Source: Patescibacteria group bacterium
GTDB taxonomy: Bacteria > Patescibacteriota > Patescibacteriia > JBHPGJ01
Assembly (NCBI GenBank): GCA_042570545.1
Contig: JBHPGJ010000004.1
Span: 2,223-66,222 of the forward strand
Direction: 5' to 3'
DNA: 64,000 nucleotides
Within the stretch, counting starts at the first letter, position 1; every line of letters starts with the position of its first letter. Shown here in pieces: positions 57,049-64,000 of the stretch. Under the pieces are notes generated by a model. That model had not been told where the DNA came from and ran no database searches. It saw only the letters and a list, made by a program, of their open reading frames with translations. The translations under genes and the position numbers were made by a program.

Positions 57049-58233
57049 TTATATCGAATTAAATATATCTTGAAAAATAGCTTTAGAAGCGTCGTCAGTA
57101 GCCATCGGCCCAAGAGGTTTCAATTCATCCTCGGGAGCCTTTTTATCGTCTTTTGTCCCCCCGCCAGGCGAAGTTAAGAAATTCCTCCCAGTGTAGAAAA
57201 TTTTCTCAGCGCCGAATGACACGGCGCGTTGCGTACTCGACTTTAGCTGTGCTGCATTTACCGACTGGTCATCGGAGATGAAAGTTTCTGCCTCAGTAAC
57301 CCAGACGGGTTTATTAATACCAAAATCACTCAAAAGCGCGGCGTATGGTTCAACGTTAAGCGATTTATAATCATCGTTGGAAATACAGTGTACGTTAGCA
57401 ATATCAAATGCCTCCAGGGCCCCCGCTACGGTGAGCACATTCCGATAGAAACTCAGGAATTCATTATTGCCACCAGCCGCGCCAGCGATGAGTATCTGGG
57501 CGCTGTTATCAGCTGAGCGAATGGCCTTGCTCGTGTTGATCAACAACTCGGCATACTGCCCAGGTGTTCCCACCCAGAATTGAAGTCCATCTGTTATTTC
57601 AGAATTAGCATTTAAATCAGGCTCATTCATCACTTCCCAATGCTTTATCGGGGTTATTAGATCGGGCATATCATTAACTCCATCACCATCATATCGTTCT
57701 ACTAACGCTTCAACCCATTTCTTATACTTTTCAGTATTTGCCGGTGGGCAGCGAAGCCTTCCAAATTCAGCAACAAATTCCTCTCCTGTCGCTCTACAAT
57801 CACCCAAATAATATTCCTGATCTGCCTTATTGTAATGCCATAGTGTTATCAGCAATTGTATGTCAGCTTCTTGTGCGTCTTTTACAATTTCGTCTGTCTC
57901 AGTAAAAACTATCGTGTCACTTTCAATATCCGGCTGCATATCTCCCCAGATAAATGGTCCAGGATGAGGGCGCGCCCAACCGGCTCCTATGTTGCGTATA
58001 TCTTGTAGCTCTTCTGGACCCGGGCCAGAGAGAAAGCCAAAGCGATCGTCAGCTGGGGTGGTTGGCGGTATGTACGAAGACAACTGATCATCAACGATTT
58101 TATTATCTTCCTGCTGGTCATCAACTTGCAGTTGATTTGTATTATTATCCAGTCTGTCCATAAAAAACCAGATTATTAAAATAATGCCAAAAACAAAAAC
58201 TATTGTGACAATCAGTGCTAAAGATTTATTCAT
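57049..58233 (-). CDS. Membrane-anchored clan GH-A glycoside hydrolase (GH5/GH39-like)
   Basis: ERYDGDG, WEVMNEP, NVH, PVWVTE. Confidence 0.8.
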   Translation of the reverse strand: MNKSLALIVTIVFVFGIILIIWFFMDRLDNNTNQLQVDDQQEDNKIVDDQLSSYIPPTTPADDRFGFLSGPGPEELQDIRNIGAGWARPHPGPFIWGDMQPDIESDTIVFTETDEIVKDAQEADIQLLITLWHYNKADQEYYLGDCRATGEEFVAEFGRLRCPPANTEKYKKWVEALVERYDGDGVNDMPDLITPIKHWEVMNEPDLNANSEITDGLQFWVGTPGQYAELLINTSKAIRSADNSAQILIAGAAGGNNEFLSFYRNVLTVAGALEAFDIANVHCISNDDYKSLNVEPYAALLSDFGINKPVWVTEAETFISDDQSVNAAQLKSSTQRAVSFGAEKIFYTGRNFLTSPGGGTKDDKKAPEDELKPLGPMATDDASKAIFQDIFNSI

Positions 58234-58265
58234 GGTTATAATATTAATAATTTCTTGGTGACTAG

Positions 58266-59405
58266 CTAAAGAACCAGAAACGGCACACCAATTCTAGAAA
58301 ATGATACCGGGATGCTAAATGGCCCCACCTCGATTTCACTAAATTCTTGGGTTTCAAGATCGTAGATGATTGCCAACCTGATTTTCGCCAGTTCATCAGG
58401 TAATTTACTGGAGACATAAACCAGCACCTGGCCTCTATCCTCGGCCACATATACGGACTCTTCATCAGTCTCTAAATCAATTTCTAATAAACCTTCTTCC
58501 TGACCATCGACTGGATAACGGTCCACAAATATAGTACTGTCTTCTTGAGAGATCAAATATAGTGCGGTGTCGCCGCGAAATATATTATTGGCGGTAAGTT
58601 CGGCAACCACTAGGTCGCTGTATAGCGGGCTAAATGTCTGGGTAACCGGATCAAAAGTGTAAATCGTCATTATTCGCTGTCCGGTGGGTTTGAAATTTAT
58701 CAGCAGCAAACTGTCACCAACGCCATACAATGATCCCCGGTCTTCATAGCCGGTAAAAGTCAGAACTTCGTCGGCAGCAGCACTGCTATTCATATTCTTA
58801 GCCATTAATTTCCCGTAGCTGGTTACCAACCTGGTCAAACTATCAGTAGTTACCGGTGTTGTGTAATACAAAATATCACCAGCAACAGCAAAACTACCCG
58901 AGCTGAAGCTAATATTTGTGCCTGTTCTTTTACCATCTTGGGGATCAAGCTCAGTCAGGTCCCAACGGGTATTGTCAGCCGCCCAGTCGCTGCCCCAGTC
59001 AGTCAACAGAAATAATCTGCCATTATTAGTGTAGGGATATTTTGATTGTTTTGAATATGATTTTGAAGTATATGATGCTAGGCCATCATATTGATCAAGT
59101 TCCGGTAGCTCCCTGACAATAACACTGCTGGAAGATTCCCAGCTAACATCATAGGTTCTTAGACGCTGCTGTACAGTGCCCAGGCTTTCTCGATAAAACA
59201 GCGCGATACTACCGGGTGGTATGGTAGTATCTTCGGTATTGGTGTTGGATTCGGTATTTGTTACCGGATTTGTTGCTGTATTGGCTGTGACCGTATTTAC
59301 CGGGGTAACTGTATTATTCTGACTGCTATTTCTAGTAACGAAAAAATATAACGCAGTACCAATAGCTACTATTATTATTACAATTATTATGGGAGCTTTT
59401 TTCAT
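58266..59405 (-). CDS. Membrane-anchored surface protein, NTN linker, beta-propeller-like
   Basis: N-terminal TM, Asn/Thr stalk, beta-rich remainder. Confidence 0.6.
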   Translation of the reverse strand: MKKAPIIIVIIIVAIGTALYFFVTRNSSQNNTVTPVNTVTANTATNPVTNTESNTNTEDTTIPPGSIALFYRESLGTVQQRLRTYDVSWESSSSVIVRELPELDQYDGLASYTSKSYSKQSKYPYTNNGRLFLLTDWGSDWAADNTRWDLTELDPQDGKRTGTNISFSSGSFAVAGDILYYTTPVTTDSLTRLVTSYGKLMAKNMNSSAAADEVLTFTGYEDRGSLYGVGDSLLLINFKPTGQRIMTIYTFDPVTQTFSPLYSDLVVAELTANNIFRGDTALYLISQEDSTIFVDRYPVDGQEEGLLEIDLETDEESVYVAEDRGQVLVYVSSKLPDELAKIRLAIIYDLETQEFSEIEVGPFSIPVSFSRIGVPFLVL

Positions 59406-59505
59406 TTTATTTATGCTTGCATTATATCATTTATGACAAGTCAAAGACACCACACAAAAGTAATGAAATGTTATATATAATGAAGTTTTTAATCCAAGTA
59501 TAGTC

Positions 59506-59751
59506 TTACTGCTGCTGCTGTGGTGGTGGTGGCGACGGCGGAGACGGAGGTTCTTCTGTGTTTTGGGGTGGCGTTTGTCCTTTTCCCCTAGACATAAGCG
59601 CAACTAATGGTCCTCCAACTAGCCAGATAGCTAGCATTATTACAACCCCAATGGTCGTGGTATATACATCGGTTAGAACACCGATAAGCAAACCAATTAA
59701 TCCCAAGCCAAACATCAGTCCCCCTATGGCTGTTCGATTACCTTTACCCAT
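59506..59751 (-). CDS. Small 2-TM protein with a Pro/Gln tail
   Basis: Hydrophobic hairpin; PPSPPSPPPPQQQQ. Confidence 0.6.
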   Translation of the reverse strand: MGKGNRTAIGGLMFGLGLIGLLIGVLTDVYTTTIGVVIMLAIWLVGGPLVALMSRGKGQTPPQNTEEPPSPPSPPPPQQQQ

Positions 59752-59847
59752 ATAATAATAGGTTAATTTATTAGTATCTTCATTATATCAAAAGTAGGCA
59801 AATCAACAAACCAATTCATCTGAAAGATAATGATAGCCAACCTTGAT

Positions 59848-60777
59848 TCAAACGTAGTGATTTAGAAATTTTATTATTTTCTCTGGATGTTCGCCCACGT
59901 AATTATAGGTATCAAATCTTTTCATCTTGCCCTTAATCACCCAGAATTCTTTTTTGGCTTTGGTCAGATCATAAAAGCTTTTTACATCAGCTACTGTACC
60001 CCAAGGATCACTGGCCGCCTGAATATAAAGAGTAGGGATTTTTATCTGGTGGGCAAAGCGGCAGGGTGACATTTGTGGTAATTCATAACCGCCTTGCAGC
60101 TTGGCCATTTTGCCGGTCAACCAAATAAATATTGAAGTTAAAAATGAACCAGCGAATTTTTTCAAATAGCCGTTGGCCGTCACCGCCAATGATGTTGGCT
60201 GGATAGCAATCAAACATTTTGGCATAGTAGTCTTATCCAACATAGTAATAAAGGCATTGGCCCCCATACAGAACCCGACCAAGCCGATGTGATCAGGATC
60301 CACTTCCGGTCGTGATTTCAAATAAGCCAAAGCGCCTAAGGCATCTTGGGATTCATTAACGCCGATACCCGTGATCCCCCGTCCGCTCTCGCCATGATTT
60401 CGGAAGTCAAACATGAGACTTGAATAGCCAGCCTTATTAACTTCTTTGGCTGTTGTCAGCATATCAACTGGGGTATTATATAACTTAAGCCAGCCTTGGT
60501 TCTTGGGCTCAAAGCCATGTCGATTAAAGGTAAAAGGATGGCTGATTAAAACTGCTTTTTTGGTGGCCCCGGGTATAAACCAACCTTTGATTTTTATACC
60601 ATCGGTGCTTTTAAATTCAACTTCTTCATATTTAAGTCTATAATCTTTGGGAGTACGAATAATTGGCTGGCGGTGTGATCGCACCAATTGTCTGGAGTAA
60701 ACAAGAGCAGAAAAGAAAAGTAATAAAACAATTGCCCCAACAATTATTAATAGGCTGATCAATATCGCATTTACCAT
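59848..60777 (-). CDS. Membrane-anchored alpha/beta hydrolase (Cys nucleophile)
   Basis: F.STDG..I.GW, DFRNHGES, GFCMG. Confidence 0.8.
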   Translation of the reverse strand: MVNAILISLLIIVGAIVLLLFFSALVYSRQLVRSHRQPIIRTPKDYRLKYEEVEFKSTDGIKIKGWFIPGATKKAVLISHPFTFNRHGFEPKNQGWLKLYNTPVDMLTTAKEVNKAGYSSLMFDFRNHGESGRGITGIGVNESQDALGALAYLKSRPEVDPDHIGLVGFCMGANAFITMLDKTTMPKCLIAIQPTSLAVTANGYLKKFAGSFLTSIFIWLTGKMAKLQGGYELPQMSPCRFAHQIKIPTLYIQAASDPWGTVADVKSFYDLTKAKKEFWVIKGKMKRFDTYNYVGEHPEKIIKFLNHYV

Positions 60778-60842
60778 AAAGCTATTATATCAAATATGCC
60801 ACACATACAGAATTGCGCTTTATTTTTATTAAGCCAAATTTA

Positions 60843-62045
60843 TTACCAGCGTTTACGTTTTGGACGCGAACGATTACGTGAAAAATTTCGTCGCTGGTAA
60901 CTCTTATTAGGTGATGACGACCTTGGTATAGATGACCCCTCACCAACTATTAACTGAGTCCGTATCAGCCGTTCGATGTCCTTAACGTCACGTTGTTGGT
61001 CTGGAGTAGCAAAGGAAATCGCTTTACCCTTTTTCCCAGCTCGTGCGGTTCGCCCGATACGGTGCACATAATCATCGGGCGTGCCCGGCAAATCATAGTT
61101 AATAACTACCTCGATATTGTTCACGTCAATTCCGCGAGCTGCAATATCAGTTGCTACTAGTATTTGATGTATGCCTTTTTTAAATCCTTCAATTGCCATA
61201 GTACGTTGGCCTAAGCTAAGATTTGAATGGATCTCAGACGCCTTGTGTCCCATGCCACGGATAGTAGTAGCCAGCTTTTTCGCCCCCCACTTGGTGCGAG
61301 TAAATATGAGGATCGATCCAGAAAATCTTCCTAGGATGGTCTTAAGCATATTTCGTTTTTCGTTGGCGGCCAGAAAAATAACTTCCTGATCGATTTCCTT
61401 AACTGTCGTGCCCGGCTGCGCTATTTCTACGCGTAACGGCAGGCTCATGTGCTGGTTGGCAATAGCGACAATTGACTGTGGCATAGTCGCCGAAAAAAGC
61501 ATCGTCTGCCGCCTTCTGGATGTGCGGACAATTATCTTTTCTATCTGTGGCGCAAATCCCATATCGAGCATCCGGTCAGCTTCATCCAGAACCAAAATCT
61601 CAACACCCCGAAGCAGCACCTTGTTCTTCGAGAGATGATCAATAAGTCTTCCTGGTGTTGCTATGATAATGTGCGGCATGGAGTTAAGCGCGCGTTTCTG
61701 TGGGCGTATGGACACTCCGCCGACGATGAGTGCTGTTTTGAGTCCGAATGATCTACCAAAGCGTAAAAGCACTTCGTTGACCTGAGCAGCTAGTTCACGT
61801 GTTGGTACCAAAATAAGCCCTCTCGTTTTTAGGCGAGCGATGTTTTGCATCATGGGTATACCAAAGGCGAGTGTTTTGCCCGTTCCGGTTTGCGCTATGC
61901 CTATCAGGTCTTTCCCTTCAATCGCCAAAGGTATGGTTTTTGCCTGGATGGGTGTCGGTGTTTTAAAACGACTTTTTTCCAGTATCTGAAGTAACTTAGG
62001 AGCTATTCCAAGTCCATAAAAATTTGAAGCTGATTCGTTGGCCAT
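60843..62045 (-). CDS. DEAD-box RNA helicase (RhlE-like)
   Basis: AQTGTGKT, PTRELA, DEAD, SAT, HRIGRT. Confidence 0.96.
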   Translation of the reverse strand: MANESASNFYGLGIAPKLLQILEKSRFKTPTPIQAKTIPLAIEGKDLIGIAQTGTGKTLAFGIPMMQNIARLKTRGLILVPTRELAAQVNEVLLRFGRSFGLKTALIVGGVSIRPQKRALNSMPHIIIATPGRLIDHLSKNKVLLRGVEILVLDEADRMLDMGFAPQIEKIIVRTSRRRQTMLFSATMPQSIVAIANQHMSLPLRVEIAQPGTTVKEIDQEVIFLAANEKRNMLKTILGRFSGSILIFTRTKWGAKKLATTIRGMGHKASEIHSNLSLGQRTMAIEGFKKGIHQILVATDIAARGIDVNNIEVVINYDLPGTPDDYVHRIGRTARAGKKGKAISFATPDQQRDVKDIERLIRTQLIVGEGSSIPRSSSPNKSYQRRNFSRNRSRPKRKRW

Positions 62046-62112
62046 ATACTAATAATAAAATGATAAGAGCAAAGGGCAATGACTTACTAATACAATAATT
62101 ATTGTTATTTCT

Positions 62113-62661
62113 CTATTTCTTCTTCCCAACCACTTTCTTTACTTTCTTTCTGGCGACTTTCTTTGCCGTCTTCTCTTTTAATTCAGCTTTCTTTGGTTCA
62201 GTTTTTTTCTTAGTCGCTCCATTTTCTAGCAAACTTATTACCTTATCCAATTTATTGCTCAGCGCTTCCATTTGTTCTGATAGTTTATTGCTTCCGCCAC
62301 TATCTCTATCTCTGCCACTATGTCTGCTTCCACCGCGTCTATCGCCCTGTCTATCATCTTTTTTAAAACAGTCGCTACAGAATATTGGCTTTCCACCAGT
62401 AGGTTTAAATGGTACTTCTGCTTTCTGTCCACAATTATCACAAACTGCCGTGTGCATCCGCCTATCACCAGATCTACTAAAACTACGATCTCCTGACCGG
62501 CCTTGGTTGCGTCCATCTGATCTACTCTGGTATTTATCTTTTTGTTGACCAAAGCAGTTATTACACAGGACCGGTTTACCGCCAGTTGGCCGGAATGGTA
62601 CCTCACATTTCTGGCCGCAATTGCTGCAGGTTGCTTGAAACATTTCTTTTTTGTCGTACAT
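62113..62661 (-). CDS. Tandem CxxC-x17-CxxC domain protein
   Basis: Two C..CG...EVPF.P.GGKP..C..CF repeats. Confidence 0.85.
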   Translation of the reverse strand: MYDKKEMFQATCSNCGQKCEVPFRPTGGKPVLCNNCFGQQKDKYQSRSDGRNQGRSGDRSFSRSGDRRMHTAVCDNCGQKAEVPFKPTGGKPIFCSDCFKKDDRQGDRRGGSRHSGRDRDSGGSNKLSEQMEALSNKLDKVISLLENGATKKKTEPKKAELKEKTAKKVARKKVKKVVGKKK

Positions 62662-62689
62662 ATTATTCTTAGATTAGTTATTTATAATA

Positions 62690-62884
62690 TTATTTTAAAA
62701 TTTCCTTTACTCTTCCAACTTCTCCTGATTCCAATCGAACTTTTATACCATGCGGATGGTTGGCTGAATTAGTCAAAACATCTAGGACTATCCCCTCTGT
62801 TAGCTGTCCAGTTGCTTGATCCATTTTTTTAACCACGGCCACACGCTGACCTGGATATATATCTTCTCGACTGTTTCCGTCCAT
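62690..62884 (-). CDS. YwbE/DUF2196 family protein
   Basis: K.DQ.TG.LT.G.V...LT.S..HPHGIKVRL..G.VGRV. Confidence 0.9.
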   Translation of the reverse strand: MDGNSREDIYPGQRVAVVKKMDQATGQLTEGIVLDVLTNSANHPHGIKVRLESGEVGRVKEILK

Positions 62885-62931
62885 AACTCCATCCTACTTC
62901 CAAACCTCTAACTTTTCAAGCTTTCTGGACT

Positions 62932-62952
62932 AAAAAACGGTTCGAGCCGTTT
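62932..62952 (-). terminator. Terminator directly after the tRNA remnant
   Basis: AAACGG-ctcgaa-CCGTTTTTT. Confidence 0.7.
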
Positions 62953-62956
62953 ATAG

Positions 62957-62981
62957 TGGCAGGGGTGGAGGGAATCGAACC
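62957..62981 (-). mobile_element. tRNA 3'-end remnant (Trp-like); att scar marking an island boundary
   Basis: GGTTCGATTCCCTCCACCCCTGCCA: T-loop, acceptor 3' strand and CCA without a 5' half. Confidence 0.7.
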
Positions 62982-62985
62982 TAGG

Positions 62986-63567
62986 CTAAATACAATCTTC
63001 TTTATTCACAGAGAAAAAGTAGGTTTGAGTTGAGTTTTCTACTTGATATGAATATTCCATATCGACACCACGGTCTAAGATATCAATTCTTGTTTCCGCG
63101 GTTTGACATAGTGACGGCATAATATTGTTTTTCAGCAACTCATCATTGTATCGACTTTCATCAATATCATGGAGTGTGTATTCGTACCGAATAGCGGTGG
63201 GTGTAGCAACAATATTCGTCGCTCGTGTTACCGGATCCAGATCCACTGGAAAGGTCGTCTCGCTTGTTACTGTCTGAACGAGTTCTTGGATAAAGTCTAG
63301 TTTTTCGCTATCGCTTAATTCGTCAGTCGTGGTCGTATTTGTATTTGTTGTGTTGGTTACCGAAGTGGTGTTGGTGTTGGCTGAGATGCTGGTATTTAGA
63401 TTAGCCGCGGCTGTGTTGGTATTTGTGGTGGTCGTCGTATTTGTTGTATCAGTTACAGTGGCTGTATTTGTGCTTGTCTCCGCTGTATCATTACCTCGTG
63501 TAAACACAAAAATGCCGCCGCCAATCACTATGATTCCCACGACCACAATAATGATTGTTTTATTCAT
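62986..63567 (-). CDS. Membrane-anchored protein with a Thr/Asn stalk
   Basis: TM, TNT repeats, P..LD..T......Y.Y.L C-terminal domain. Confidence 0.65.
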   Translation of the reverse strand: MNKTIIIVVVGIIVIGGGIFVFTRGNDTAETSTNTATVTDTTNTTTTTNTNTAAANLNTSISANTNTTSVTNTTNTNTTTTDELSDSEKLDFIQELVQTVTSETTFPVDLDPVTRATNIVATPTAIRYEYTLHDIDESRYNDELLKNNIMPSLCQTAETRIDILDRGVDMEYSYQVENSTQTYFFSVNKEDCI

Positions 63568-63772
63568 TTTCCCCCTTTTTTATCTATTTATTATTCTCTG
63601 TGAGTACATTATACACCGAGAATGAGGATATGAACACCACTTCACATTAATAAAAATCATTAAAAATCAATAGGGTGGCAGGGCATCGTGGAAGCTGTCA
63701 GAACTTCCCAATTTCTTCTGCAGTGTTCTGATCATATCCAAGTAAACGATTTCATTATGCCCGTAATATTAA

Positions 63773-64000
63773 TCAATTTGTTTTTTTGTCCGCTACGATG
63801 TTTGAATAGGAAAGACTCCGAGTGGAATATTTAATCAACTCTTCCGGATTCTGGCGCCATTCGCCGCGCCACAAATCTCTGATTTCCTCGGCAATACTTT
63901 TTTCTTTAATCAGTATCTGTTCCTTGATTGGATTAAGAAAAATTGATTCATCCTCACCCTTACTGTTTTTTTTAGCGATTTTGTGAAGTCCATTATTGGC
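63773..64000 (-). CDS. C-terminus of a glutamate--cysteine ligase-like protein (GshA/EgtA type), partial
   Basis: Manual translation ANNGLHKIAKKNSKGEDESIFLNPIKEQ...SIAEEIRDLWRGEW resembles the GL..R...G.DE..FL.P....AE.L...W C-terminus. Confidence 0.55.
   Translation of the reverse strand, partial: ANNGLHKIAKKNSKGEDESIFLNPIKEQILIKEKSIAEEIRDLWRGEWRQNPEELIKYSTRSLSYSNIVADKKTN

Overview
Chromosomal segment of a small-genome bacterium (code 11), by inference a Patescibacteria/CPR lineage, judged from archaeal-type PyrH, a minimal dcw cluster, many pilin-like NTN-rich surface proteins and FG-GAP proteins. Core genes: pgk-eno-gpmI, xseAB, mraZ-rsmH-ftsL-ftsI-murF, lexA plus a Y-family polymerase, tsaB, rplJL with an L10 leader, pyrH, mltG, pcm, uppP, uppS, mutM, trxB, HU, a DEAD-box helicase and tRNA-Pro(CGG). 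Unannotated highlights: (1) about 830 bp (7.9-8.75 kb) containing three tandem promoter-to-terminator units that carry eight long GC-clamped hairpins, a candidate new ncRNA array; (2) next to it, an AT-rich 7TM sensor/GNAT cassette joined to a histidine kinase; (3) a 6S-like RNA co-transcribed with an unannotated zinc-ribbon microprotein; (4) a roughly 10 kb tandem array of nine surface proteins with a few recurring N-termini (six non-canonical prepilin-like) and variable C-termini; (5) a TTCGG-N6-TTCGG LexA box in front of a polymerase that lacks catalytic residues; (6) several microproteins, apparent pseudo-enzymes, and a tRNA-derived att scar at the right end. All calls come from reading the sequence by eye; no searches were run.
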